Assembly: GCA_963729425.1 (NCBI GenBank)
Contig: CAVSOF010000026.1
Coordinates: 515,451 to 579,450 of the forward strand
Length of the DNA: 64,000 nucleotides
Reading direction: 5' to 3'
Source: an uncultured Alphaproteobacteria bacterium
Lineage (GTDB): Bacteria > Pseudomonadota > Alphaproteobacteria > Rhodobacterales > Rhodobacteraceae
The translations under genes were made by a program, and so were the position numbers. A model generated the notes under the pieces. The model saw only the letters and a program-made list of their open reading frames with translations. It ran no database searches and had not been told where the DNA came from. Below, in pieces: positions 26,871-38,086 of this stretch; positions within the stretch are counted from its first letter, which is position 1; each line of letters opens with the position of its first letter.

Positions 26871-28123
26871 TGGCGGGCGACGCCAAGCGCGCCGCGACCG
26901 GGGACCGGATCGAGGCCATGACTATGCCCGTAGGCGGCGGCTGGCTCGGGGCGGCGCGCGAAGACGCGCTCGGCCGGCTGCGCGCCGTCGGGCTGCCGGT
27001 CCGGCGCGACGAGTACTGGCGCTACACCGACCCCGCGCCGTTCATCGCCGCCGCGCCGACGATCGCCGCCGAACCGTCCCCGACCGATCCCTGGGCCGGG
27101 GTCGAGGCGGTCATCGTCACCATCGAGGACGGCGCCATCGCGGTGCCCGACGACCTGCCCGACGGGCTCGAGATCACCACGCTCGCGCACGCGGGCGAGA
27201 CCGACATCCACTGGGCGCGGGACCTCTATGGCCGGCTCGAGGCCGCCGGTTCGCGGCCCGTGTCCCGCCCGCTCGCGATGCTCGGCACCGCCTTCGCGAC
27301 CGACGGGCTGCTGATCCGGGCGACGGCGCCGGTGGCCGTGCCGATCCACGTCCGCACGATTGGCACGGGCGACGCGATCCTCCACCATTGCGTGAAGATC
27401 GACCCCCAAGCCTCTCTGACTATACTGAAAAGCGGCACGCCAGGCGCACGCTCGAACGTCACGCTCGAGGTCGACGTCGCCGCCGGGGCCACGTTCCACC
27501 ACCTGCGGCTCCAGGGTCCCGATCACGGGCGGCACGTCGCGGCCAACCTGTTCGCGCGCCTCGAGCGGGACGCGACGTTCCGCTCGTTCACGCTGTCGGC
27601 GAACGGCGCCGTGACGCGCAACGAGGCGGTGATCGAGTTCATCGGGGACGACGCGGCCGCGAGCATCGGCGGCGCGGCGCTCGGACGGGGCGACATGCAC
27701 CACGACGACACCGTCTTCGTGACCCACGACGCGCTCGGCTGCGAGAGCCGGCAGGTGTTCAAGAAGGTCTTGCGCGACGGTGCGACCGGCGTGTTCCAGG
27801 GCAAGATCCTCGTGAAGGAAGGCGCGCAGAAGACCGACGGCTATCAGCTCAGTCAGGCGCTCCTGCTCGATGACGACGCGGTGTTCCTGGCCAAGCCCGA
27901 GCTCGAGATCTACGCCGACGACGTGGCCTGCTCGCACGGCTCCACGACCGGCGCGATCGACCCGACCGCGCTCTTCTACCTGCGCTCCCGCGGCGTGCCC
28001 GAGCGCGAGGCGACGGATATGCTCGTCCTGTCCTTCCTCGCGGAAGCGGTCGAGGAGATCGCGGACGACGGACTGCGCGACCACGTCTCGGCCCTGCTCG
28101 CGGACTGGCTCGCCCGCGGCTGA
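26870..28123 (+). CDS. sufD: Fe-S cluster assembly protein SufD
   Basis: RRDEYWRYT, CESRQVFK, FQGKILV, AKPELEIYADDVACSHG, FYLRSRG. Confidence 0.93.
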
Positions 28124-28677
28124 TGTCGGTCACGCGCGACATCCCCCGCGCCTGGCTGCGCCCGCGTCGGGTGATGGGCGAGCTCTTCGCGAAGGGCCCC
28201 GACGACCGGGTGGCCTTCGTCTATCTGGCGGTCGGATGCGTGCTTGGCTTCGTGGCGCAGCTGCCCGCTCTCCTGCGCCGCTCGCGCGAGGCGGAGCCCG
28301 CGTTCGACGCGCGCCTCGCCGCCGAGGCGGGGCAGGCGGGGATGGACGTCACTGACCTCGCCTCGACCAAGTTCGAGGCGCTCGTCTCCGGCGCGCTGAT
28401 GGGATGGATCTTCGTCCTGCCGCTGGTGCTCTACGCGGCCGCGTTCCTCGTCCGGCAGTTGGCGCGTCTCGCGGGCGGGCGCGGCACCGGCCTGCGCCAG
28501 CGGGTCGCGTTGTTCTGGTCGTTCCTCGCGGTCACACCGGCGCTGCTGCTGCTCGGCCTGACCTCCGGGATGGTTGGGCAGGGGCCGGCGGAGACGCTGG
28601 TCGGCACGGTGGTGGTCTGCGCCTTCGTGTGGATCTGGATCAACTCGCTCTACGTCGCGGAGACCCCCCATGCTTGA
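28123..28677 (+). CDS. YIP1 family membrane protein
   Basis: Multi-TM; PRRVM..L, RVALFWSFLA..P; the usual occupant between sufD and sufS in Rhodobacterales. Confidence 0.7.
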   Translation: MSVTRDIPRAWLRPRRVMGELFAKGPDDRVAFVYLAVGCVLGFVAQLPALLRRSREAEPAFDARLAAEAGQAGMDVTDLASTKFEALVSGALMGWIFVLPLVLYAAAFLVRQLARLAGGRGTGLRQRVALFWSFLAVTPALLLLGLTSGMVGQGPAETLVGTVVVCAFVWIWINSLYVAETPHA

Positions 28678-29890
28678 CGTCCATGCCGTCCGCGCCGAAT
28701 TCCCGATCCTCGCGCGCGAGGTCAACGGCCACCGGCTGACCTATCTCGACAACGGCGCCTCCTCGCAGAAGCCGCGCGCCGTGCTCGACACGATCGCGCG
28801 CGCCTACGGCGAGGACTACGCCAACGTCCACCGCGGGTTGCATACGCTCTCCACCATCTCGACCGACAACTACGAGGCCGTCCGCGGGACCGTCGCCCGA
28901 TTCCTGAGCGCGCCGTCGCCCGAGCAGATCGTGTTCACCACCGGCACGACGGAGGCGATCAACCTCGTCTCCTACGGCTGGGCCGCGCCGCGGATGCGGG
29001 CTGGCGACGAGATCGTGCTGTCGATCATGGAGCATCATGCGAACATCGTGCCCTGGCACCTGCTGCGCGAGCGGTTCGGGGTGAAGCTGGTCTGGGTCGA
29101 CGTGGACGCGACCGGCGCGCTCGATCCGCAGGCCGTGCTCGACGCGGTGACGGACCGGACGCGGCTCGTCGCGGTCACGCATTTGTCGAACGTTCTGGGC
29201 ACCGTGGTCGACGTGAAGGCAATCTGCACGGGCGCCGCCGAGCGCGGCGTCCCGGTGCTGGTGGACGGCTCGCAGGGCGCGGTCCACATGCCCGTCGACG
29301 TGGCCGATATCGGCTGCGACTTCTACGCGATAACGGGGCATAAGCTATACGGACCAAGCGGTTCCGGGGCGATCTTCATCAAGCCCGAGCGGATGGCGGA
29401 GATGGTCCCTTTCATGGGCGGCGGCGACATGATCCGCGAGGTCCGCCGCGAGACCGTGACGTGGAACGACCCGCCGATGATGTTCGAGGCCGGCACGCCG
29501 GGCATCGTCGAGACGATCGGGATGGGTGCGGCGCTCGAATGGATGATGGCGATCGGGATGGACGACATCGCCGCACACGAGGCGGGCCTGCGCGACTACG
29601 CGCGCGAGCGGCTGGCGGGGATCAACTGGCTCTCGCTGCAGGGCACGACGCCGGACAAGGCCGCGATCTTCTCGTTCACGATGGCCGGCGGCGCGCATCC
29701 GCACGACATCTCGACCATCCTCGACAAGCGCGGCATCGCGGTGCGCGCGGGCCACCACTGCGCGCAGCCGCTGATGGAGCATCTGGGCGTCGGCGCGACC
29801 TGCCGCGCAAGCTTCGGGGTCTACAACACTACCGAAGAGGTCGACCGGCTGGTCGATGGGCTCGAGCTTTGCCACGAACTCTTCGGCTAG
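28670..29890 (+). CDS. sufS: Cysteine desulfurase SufS
   Basis: YLDNGASSQKP, NVHRGLH, MEHHANIVPW, TGHKLYGP, AVRAGHHCAQPL. Confidence 0.95.
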   Translation: MLDVHAVRAEFPILAREVNGHRLTYLDNGASSQKPRAVLDTIARAYGEDYANVHRGLHTLSTISTDNYEAVRGTVARFLSAPSPEQIVFTTGTTEAINLVSYGWAAPRMRAGDEIVLSIMEHHANIVPWHLLRERFGVKLVWVDVDATGALDPQAVLDAVTDRTRLVAVTHLSNVLGTVVDVKAICTGAAERGVPVLVDGSQGAVHMPVDVADIGCDFYAITGHKLYGPSGSGAIFIKPERMAEMVPFMGGGDMIREVRRETVTWNDPPMMFEAGTPGIVETIGMGAALEWMMAIGMDDIAAHEAGLRDYARERLAGINWLSLQGTTPDKAAIFSFTMAGGAHPHDISTILDKRGIAVRAGHHCAQPLMEHLGVGATCRASFGVYNTTEEVDRLVDGLELCHELFG

Positions 29891-29939
29891 GCCCGCCCTG
29901 CCGTTGACGCCGGTGATCCGCGGGCGCGACACCGGAGCG

Positions 29940-32668
29940 ATGTTCCGCGCCCGCATCCGCCGCCACCCGATCCCCCACGACCGCGAGGGCGGCCGCGCCA
30001 CCGTCGCCGCACTCGCGCCCCCGCCCGAGGTCGCCCCGCTGATCGAGGGCGTGGCGGGATGCAGTCCCTTCCTCGCCGCGGGAATGGCGAAGGAGCGCGA
30101 CTGGCTTGCGGAGGTCTGGGACGCGCCGCCCGAGGCGTCGCTGGATCGCCTGCTCGCGGAGGTGGCCGCGATCCCGGACGACCCGTCCGCCGAGATGCGT
30201 CGGATCAAGCGGCGCGCCGGTCTGCTGGTCGGTCTCGCAGAGGTCGGGGGCGTATGGCCGGTGATGGAGGCCGCCGCGGCCTGGACGCGCGTGGCCGATG
30301 CCTGCGTCAGGCGCGCACTCGAGCACGGTCTCGCTCGTCATGCGCGCGGGCCGGTGGACGGCGATGGCGGGCTGGTGGCGATCGCCATGGGCAAGATGGG
30401 CGCGGGCGAGCTGAACTACTCGTCGGATGTCGACCTCGTGCTCCTGTTCGACGAGACGCGCTACGATCCGGGCGACTACGCGACCGCGCGAGCGGCGCTT
30501 CTGAAGGTCGCGCGCACGGCGATGGCCTGCCTGTCGGACCAGACCGCCGACGGCTACGTCTTCCGCACCGACCTGCGGCTGCGGCCTGACCCCGCCTCCA
30601 CGCCGATCGTGCTCTCGATGGAGGCGGCCGAGCGCTACTACGAGGCGCTCGGCCGCACCTGGGAGCGCGCCGCGTGGATCAAGGCGCGCGCCTGCGCGGG
30701 GGCGGTGGCGGCGGGCGAGGGCTTCGTCGCGCGGCTCGCGCCCTTCGTCTGGCGAAGGAACCTCGATTACGCGGTGATCGAGGAGGTCGACGAGATGCGC
30801 CGCCGGATCCGCGAGCATCGCGGGCTCGGCGGCCCGCTCGAGGTCGCGGGCCATGACGTCAAGCTCGGGGCGGGCGGCATCCGCGAGATCGAGTTCGCAG
30901 CCCAGACCCAGCAGATCGTCGCCGGCGGGCGCGACGCCTCGCTGCGCGTCCGCGGAACGCTGCCCGCCCTCGACCGCCTCGTGACCGCGGGCCACCTTCC
31001 GGCCACCGAACGCGACGTGCTCGCCTCCGCCTACCGGCACCTGCGCGCGGTCGAGCACCGCCTGCAGATGGTCGGCGACGCGCAGACGCACCGCGTTCCG
31101 CGCGACCCGGACGGTCTCGACCGGCTGGCGCGGTTCATGGGCAACGGCGACACGGACGCCTTCGCGCGCGACCTCCACGACCGCCTCGCCGCCGTCGACG
31201 CGATCACCGCCCCGCGCTTCGCCCCGCCCCGGCCCATGCGGGAGGCGGTCGCGATCGAGGGCGCGGAGGCGGCGACCGACCGTTGGGCGACCTATCCCGC
31301 GCTCCGTTCCGCGCGCGCCCGGAGCATCTTCGCCCGCCTGCGCCCCGCGCTCATGGGCGGCCTCGCCCGCGCCGCGCGTCCGGCCGAGGCGCTCGCCGCC
31401 TTCGACGCGTTCCTGCGCGGCCTGCCCGCGGGCGTGCAGGTCCTGTCGCTGTTCGAGGCCAATCCCCGGCTGGTGGACCTCGTGGCCGACATCTGCGCCA
31501 CGGCGCCCGACCTCGCGCGCCACCTGTCGCGCCACCCGGCGGTGCTGGACGCGGTGCTCGACGGGACGTTCCTCGCGCCGCTGCCCGAGGTCTGGGACGC
31601 GCCGGAGGCGGAGGGCGACTTCGAGGCCGGGCTCGACGTCCTGCGCCGCTGGCACCGGGAGGCGCATTTCCGCATCGGCGTCCATCTGCTGCGCGGGCTG
31701 GCCGCGCCCGAGGCGGCGGGCGACGCCTACGCGACGCTGGCGGAGGCGACGCTCGGGGCCGCATGGCGGCTGGCGGAGGCCGAGACGGCGCGGCGGCACG
31801 GCCGCGTGCCGGGCCTCCGGCTGGCGGGGCTCGGGATGGGCTCGCTCGGCGTGGGCCGGCTGACGCGCACGCTCGGATCTCGACCTCGTCGTCCTCCACG
31901 ACGGCGCGGAGCCGGGCGCGACCTCCGACGGGCCGCCGCCCGCTCGCCGCCGGCCAATGGGCTGCACGCTTCACACAGGTGCTCGTCACCGCGCTCACCG
32001 TGCCGACGGGGGAGGGCCGGCTCTACGAGGTCGACCTCCGGTTGCGCCCCTCCGGCCGGCAAGGACCCGTCGCCACGTCGCTGCCCGCCTGGCGCGGCTA
32101 CATGGCCGAAGAGGCGTGGGAATGGGAGCACCTGGCGCTCACCCGCGCGCGCGCCGTCGCGGGCGACCGCGCGCTGCGCGACGCGGTGGAGGCGGCGCGC
32201 GGGGCTGTCCTGTCGGACGGCCGCTTCGCTCCGGGGGACGTCCTGGCCGCCCTCGTGGCGATGCGCGCGCGTCTCGCCGCTTCCGGGCGGCCGGGCGGCG
32301 GTCTGGCGGTGCTCGAGGGACCGGGCCGGATGCGCGACGTCGAGCTGGCCGCGCAGGCGCACGCGCTCCTCGCGGGCACGGTCGCACGCCGTGTCGACGG
32401 CCAGCTCGCACGGACCGGCTGGCTCGACACCCCGACATGCAGGGCGCTGGCCTCTTCCCATGCCATGATGGCACGCGCCCAGCAGTTGCTGCGCCTCCTG
32501 ACGCCCGACGATCCGCCCGGCCCGCTCGGCGCCGGCGGGGAGGCGTTCGTCGCCCATGCGACCGGACACGCCACGCTGGCCCACCTCGCGGCCGCCGTCG
32601 ATGCCGCCGCCACGGACGCCGCCGCCCGGATCGACGCCGCGCTGGACCGGGGGGCGGCGGACCGCTAG
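29940..32668 (+). CDS. glnE: Glutamine synthetase adenylyltransferase, two apparent frameshifts (near 31866 and 31931)
   Basis: MGKMGAGELNYSSDVDL, FRTDLRLRPDP, GRTWERAA, VKLGAGGIREIEF; second domain GMGSLG..SDLDL..YEVDLRLRPSG..WEWEHLALTRAR. Confidence 0.9.
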
Positions 32669-32694
32669 TCGTGGGGGCCTTGGAGGGCCGCACG

Positions 32695-32955
32695 ATGCCG
32701 GATGACGACCCTCGGGGCCTCATCGACGATGCCTACGCGATCGAGGGGATCGGGCCGTCCGAATGCCGCTCGATCTTCCTCGACTGGGCGCTCGGCCATC
32801 CCGGCGACCCGTGCGCGGCGATCGGGCGGCTGCTCGACGGGCGGCCCGACCATCCGATGACCGACGTGCTCCGCGCCGGGCTCGCGGACACGCCCGCCGC
32901 CGGGCGGCGCGGCGGGCGCGCGTCGCGGGTTCCCGGCGGGGATCGTTTGCGCTAG
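32695..32955 (+). CDS. Small conserved hypothetical protein
   Basis: DPRGLI.DAY.IEGI...[11 protein letters not shown]...DHPMT.VL...RRGGR; GGAGG RBS. Confidence 0.7.
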   Translation: MPDDDPRGLIDDAYAIEGIGPSECRSIFLDWALGHPGDPCAAIGRLLDGRPDHPMTDVLRAGLADTPAAGRRGGRASRVPGGDRLR

Positions 32956-32989
32956 GCCCCGGCGACCGGTGATGCGTGAGGGCGAAGCG

Positions 32990-34354
32990 ATGGCGTGGGC
33001 GAAGGCGGACTGGCGGGACATGCCCCGGGTGCAGATGCCGGACTACCCGGACGCCGACGCGCTCGCGGCGGTCGAGGCGCGGCTGTCGCGCTACCCGGTC
33101 CTCGTCTTCGCGGGCGAGGCGCGCACGCTGAAGGCCGAGCTCGCGGCCGCCGGGCGCGGCGAGGCCTTCGTGCTGCAGGGCGGCGACTGCGCCGAGAGCT
33201 TCGCGGAGTTCTCCTCGGACGCGATCCGCGACACGTTCAAGGTCATGCTCCAGATGGCGATGGTGCTGACCTTCGGCGCCAAGGTGCCCGTGGTGAAGGT
33301 CGGCCGGATGGCGGGCCAGTTCGCCAAGCCCCGCTCCGCGCCCACCGAGATGCAGGCCGGCGTCGAGCTCCCGAGCTACCGCGGCGACATCGTCAACGAG
33401 CTGGCCTTCACGCCCGCCGCGCGCACGCCCGATCCCGCCCGGATGCTCGAGGCCTACACCCAGGCCGCCGCGACGCTGAACCTGCTGCGCGCCTTCTCGA
33501 AGGGCGGCTTCGCGGACATCCACCAGGTCCATCAGTGGACGCTCGGCTTCACCGAGGGGCAGCGGGTCCAGCAATACAAGGACATGGCCGCCAAGCTACA
33601 GGACACGCTCGACTTCATGACGGCCGCAGGGCTGACGTCGGACAGCAACGCCGAGCTCGCCACGGTCGACTTCTACACCTCGCACGAGGCGCTTCTGCTC
33701 GAATACGAGGAGGCGCTGTGCCGTCGCGACTCGCTCACCGGGCAGTGGCTCGCGGGGTCGGGGCACATGATCTGGATCGGCGACCGCACCCGGCAGCCCG
33801 ACGGCGCGCATGTCGCGTTCTGCCGCGGGGTGTCGAACCCGATCGGATTGAAATGCGGTCCGACCATGACCGAGGACGACCTCGAGCGGCTCATCGGCGC
33901 GCTCAACCCCGACAACGAGATGGGGCGTCTGACGCTGATCGCGCGGTTCGGCGCGGGCAAGGTGGGCGACCACCTGCCGCGGCTGATCGCGAAGGTCCGC
34001 GAGATGGGGGCGAACGTCGTGTGGACCTGCGACGCGATGCACGGCAACACGATCAAGTCGCCCTCGGGCTACAAGACGCGGCCCTTCGACGCCGTGCTGC
34101 GCGAGGTCCGCGAGTTCTTCGCCGTCCACCGGGCCGAGGGCACCGTTCCCGGCGGCGTGCATTTCGAGATGACGGGACAGGACGTGACCGAATGCACCGG
34201 CGGCGTCCGCGCGGTCACCGACGAGGACCTGTCGGACCGCTACCACACCGCCTGCGACCCGCGCCTCAACGCGTCGCAGTCGCTCGAGCTCGCCTTCCTC
34301 GTGGCCGAGGAGCTCTCGGGCCTGCGCGAGGAGCGTCGAGCGGTCGCTTCCTGA
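32990..34354 (+). CDS. Class II 3-deoxy-7-phosphoheptulonate (DAHP) synthase
   Basis: [54 protein letters not shown]. Confidence 0.95.
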   Translation: MAWAKADWRDMPRVQMPDYPDADALAAVEARLSRYPVLVFAGEARTLKAELAAAGRGEAFVLQGGDCAESFAEFSSDAIRDTFKVMLQMAMVLTFGAKVPVVKVGRMAGQFAKPRSAPTEMQAGVELPSYRGDIVNELAFTPAARTPDPARMLEAYTQAAATLNLLRAFSKGGFADIHQVHQWTLGFTEGQRVQQYKDMAAKLQDTLDFMTAAGLTSDSNAELATVDFYTSHEALLLEYEEALCRRDSLTGQWLAGSGHMIWIGDRTRQPDGAHVAFCRGVSNPIGLKCGPTMTEDDLERLIGALNPDNEMGRLTLIARFGAGKVGDHLPRLIAKVREMGANVVWTCDAMHGNTIKSPSGYKTRPFDAVLREVREFFAVHRAEGTVPGGVHFEMTGQDVTECTGGVRAVTDEDLSDRYHTACDPRLNASQSLELAFLVAEELSGLREERRAVAS

Positions 34355-34467
34355 CCGCACGCCCGCGCGCTATCGCGGAGGCGTGCGTGCGCGGAAGATG
34401 ATGCGACTTCGGCGCAGGGCGAGATTGGCCAGGCATGGCGACGCATCGCGCATCGGAGGAATGCGTG

Positions 34468-34970
34468 ATGGGCATCGATCGCCGCCGCCTGTCCGGCCGG
34501 GCGGGCTGCTGCCCGTTTCCGGTCGCCTCCACCCCGAGCGCGATGGCCGTCGCTGGGGCGCTCGCGACGACGGTATTTGCCTCGAAGGACAGCTCGTCAG
34601 CCCGGACCCCGACGTCGCCAAGTTCTCGCCGCACGGGCTCGCCCGGTCGCTGCTCGGAACGTTCGGCGTGCCGACGGCGACTCCGCGGGCCATTTCATGC
34701 GCTTCTGTTTCGTGGGGGTTGTCGGCTACCCGATGGGCTGGCTCTTCATGCTCCGCCCGGCCCGAAGCGCCGCCGCCATCGACCGGCCGCGATGGTTCGC
34801 ACCGACCGCGGGTTACGGCCTTGGGCTGTGGGATCTAGGCGATCGGCGGGTTCACCGCGACCGCAGGGCTGGCACTCTTCCTCGGCCTCACCGGCGTCCC
34901 GTGGATCGCGCTGGTCGGGCGCTTCCTCTGCGCGAAAGCCCTCGTCGCGGTCCTGCGCCGGTCGAAGTAG
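34468..34970 (+). pseudogene. Degraded gene for a small multi-TM membrane protein
   Basis: RBS and ATG, then hydrophobic fragments in three frames (AVAGALATTVF / GQLVSP..KFSPHGLARSLLG / GHFMRFCFVGVVGYPMGWLF..YGLGLW / LAIGGFT..GVPWIALVG), ending TAG 34968-34970. Confidence 0.55.
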
Positions 34971-34986
34971 AGCCAGTCCTGCGGCG

Positions 34987-35775
34987 TCACTTCACGACGC
35001 GCAGCCACGGGACCGCGGAGGGGCGGCCTGCGAAGGTCGCCGGCGGCTCGGCGAGCTCCGAGGCGCGAGCCTCGGGTGCCGTCCTGATCCAGTCCGTCCG
35101 CGGACGTGGCGCGTCCTCGGCGCGGCGGTTCGGCTCGGTCACGCGCGGCACCGGCGCGAGCGGGACCATCGTCGCGTTCGTCACCGAGAACCGGCGCGGC
35201 GGGCCCTCGACCGTGCGGTCCGTCACGAGGACGGCGAGCGCCTTCGTCACCCGGCCCGCAGCGTCCAGCATCGGCAGGACGAGCATCCGTCCGGTGACGA
35301 GCCCGCCCGGGCGGCCGTCGGAGATCAGGTCCAGCTCGAGCGTGGCGGGCGTGTCGAAGACCTGCTCGAACAAATCGAGCGCGCGGGTCCGGTCGGCGAG
35401 ATCGAAGAAGGCGCGGATCGGCAGCCCGCGGACGTCGATCCCCGCGATCCGTTCGAGCGCCTGCCCGCCGAGGCGGACGCGCACCGTCCCGTGGCGGACC
35501 TGGTCGAGGATCATCGAATGGCCGAGGATCAGCTCCATCCGCTTGGGATCGAGCGCTGCACGGCGGGGCAGCGCCTCGCCCTCGCGCAGCGAGGTCCAGT
35601 ACCGCCACGCCTCGTCGAGCATCGGCGCCCGGCGCATCATCCGAAGCCCCTTGAAATCGCGAGCCGCCGATCCCGGTCCGGCGAGGCCCGTCGGCGATAC
35701 CGACGCGAGCGCCGGTAGCAGGGCGCACCCGCCCAATCCCTCGGTTCCGACGTCGCCGTCATCATCGCTACCCAT
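34987..35775 (-). CDS. PAS_5 (DUF1457-type) PAS-domain protein; start uncertain (35775 or 35640)
   Basis: YWTSLR...PRRAALDP..MELILG..MILD..RVRLGG......G.DVRGLP...MLVLPM.D..G.VTKAL..LV; C-terminal PWLRVVK. Confidence 0.8.
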   Translation of the reverse strand: MGSDDDGDVGTEGLGGCALLPALASVSPTGLAGPGSAARDFKGLRMMRRAPMLDEAWRYWTSLREGEALPRRAALDPKRMELILGHSMILDQVRHGTVRVRLGGQALERIAGIDVRGLPIRAFFDLADRTRALDLFEQVFDTPATLELDLISDGRPGGLVTGRMLVLPMLDAAGRVTKALAVLVTDRTVEGPPRRFSVTNATMVPLAPVPRVTEPNRRAEDAPRPRTDWIRTAPEARASELAEPPATFAGRPSAVPWLRVVK

Positions 35776-35883
35776 GATCCGTTCCACTCGCTTCCAGTCA
35801 CATACATTCGGGGTCACAACGTCGTCCGCCCCGATCCGTGCCATGCAACCTAGTCGCGTTCGCGCAAAATTGCCCGCAATTCC

Positions 35884-35899
35884 TTTACCGACAGTTAAC
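35884..35899. promoter_or_regulatory. CtrA-like binding site upstream of the PAS_5 gene
   Basis: TTTA-ccgacag-TTAAC, one mismatch to TTAA-N7-TTAAC, in an AT-rich divergent intergenic region. Confidence 0.65.
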
Positions 35900-36002
35900 G
35901 ATTGCCCGCCCGACCGGCCCGCGGGCCGCCGCCTTGCCCGATGGATCACCAGCCGCTAGGCGGGTCCACGAGGGGTTCGAACCCCGAGGCGGGGGCGGTG
36001 GC

Positions 36003-36670
<668 letters not shown>

Positions 36671-36674
<4 letters not shown>

Positions 36675-37189
36675 TCCACGCGCTCGACGGGGTGTCGCCG
36701 GAGCTGGCCGAGGACGTCTGGATCGCGCCCGACGCGACTGTGATCGGCGCCTGCACGCTCGAGATCGGATCGAGCGTGTGGTTCGGCGCGGTGCTGCGCG
36801 GCGACAACGAGCGGATCGTGGTCGGCATGGGCTCGAACGTGCAGGACCGCTGCGTGCTGCACACCGACCTTGGGTTTCCCCTCACCATCGGAGGCGACTG
36901 TACCGTCGGCCACGGGGCGATCCTGCACGGCTGCACGATCGGGCCCGGGACGCTCGTCGGCATGGGGGCCACCGTGCTCAACGGCGCGGTGATCGGCGCG
37001 GGCTGCCTGATCGGGGCGGGCGCGCTCGTCGGGGAGGGCCGGACCGTGCCCGACGGCAGCGTCGTCCTCGGGGTACCGGGAAAGGTCGTCCGCACGCTCG
37101 ACGACGCGGCGCGCGACGCGCTCCTCGCCTCGGCGGCGGGCTACCGGGCGAACGCGGCGCGGTTCCGCGCGGGGCTGCGGCCCGCCTAG
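36671..37189 (+). CDS. Gamma carbonic anhydrase family protein
   Basis: [32 protein letters not shown] hexapeptide repeats. Confidence 0.92.
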
Positions 37190-37800
37190 ACGATCAGGCT
37201 CAGGTGGCTCTCGTCCGCGCTGACCGAGACCGGGCGGCGCAGACGGCGCGATTCGCGCGCGAGGATGCCGAACTGGACCTCCGAGCCCTTGAGGTCGGCC
37301 GGCAGCGCGGCGCGTCCGAGGCTCTGCCAGAGCGGGGCGTCGATCTTGAGCCGCTTGGCGTCGACATGGATCACCCAGGACGCCTGGTTGCGCGTGACCT
37401 CGATCGTCGCCCCCCAGGGGGTGGCGACCTCGACGCAGTTGAGCGCGAGGCAGGCGAGCCGCATCTCGAGCCGGGGCCGGTCCTCGTCGTCGCGCCAGAG
37501 CACCTTGGTGCGCGTCGTGGCGTACATCTCGGTCAGCGCCTCGCGCACCTCGCGGGCGGGCACCGCGTGGTCGTCGCGCCCGGTGCCGAAGGCCATGCGG
37601 AAAAACCGGATCCGCGCCAGCGCCGCGGTCGCCGCGCCGCGCACCAGATCGAGCTCCTCGCCGCCGCCCTTGGCCATCTCGAGCAGCTCAAGCCCGTTCG
37701 AGATCGCCCCGATCGGGCTCACGAGGTCGTGGCAGAGCCGCGATCCGAGCAGCCCGATCAGGTCGGGCTCGTCGTCGGGCATCTCGGCGCTACCGTCCAT
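37186..37800 (-). CDS. chpT: Histidine phosphotransferase ChpT (start 37800 or 37782)
   Basis: LLGSRLCHDLVSPIGAISNGLELL, ARIRFFRMAFG, EVQF; adjacent to DUF3553. Confidence 0.9.
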   Translation of the reverse strand: MDGSAEMPDDEPDLIGLLGSRLCHDLVSPIGAISNGLELLEMAKGGGEELDLVRGAATAALARIRFFRMAFGTGRDDHAVPAREVREALTEMYATTRTKVLWRDDEDRPRLEMRLACLALNCVEVATPWGATIEVTRNQASWVIHVDAKRLKIDAPLWQSLGRAALPADLKGSEVQFGILARESRRLRRPVSVSADESHLSLIV

Positions 37801-37826
37801 GGCACCCTCCAGCGATGGTGCCGCGA

Positions 37827-38006
37827 ATGTCCGACCCGAACGCCTTCCTCGAGCCCGGCGCGATCGTCCGGCACCCCGACCGGCCCGATTGGGGGCCGGG
37901 ACAGGTGCAGTCGGTGATCGGCCCTCGCGTGACGGTGAACTTCCGCGAGGTGGGCAAGCAGGTGATCGACGGCACGCGCATCGGGCTCCTTCCGGACTTC
38001 GAGTGA
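37827..38006 (+). CDS. DUF3553 family protein
   Basis: LEPG..VRHP..PDWG.GQVQS.IG.RVTVNF...GK.VIDG. Confidence 0.85.
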   Translation: MSDPNAFLEPGAIVRHPDRPDWGPGQVQSVIGPRVTVNFREVGKQVIDGTRIGLLPDFE

Positions 38007-38026
38007 GACAGGCTAGCCACGAGATG

Positions 38027-38043
38027 GTTAACGGGAAGTTTAC
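38027..38043 (-). promoter_or_regulatory. CtrA-like binding site upstream of chpT (beyond DUF3553)
   Basis: Minus strand reads gTAAA-cttcccg-TTAAC (plus strand TTAA-N7-TTTA). Confidence 0.6.
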
Positions 38044-38086
38044 GGCCGTGCCCGAAAATGACGGGGGATCCGACGCGAGACGCTCC

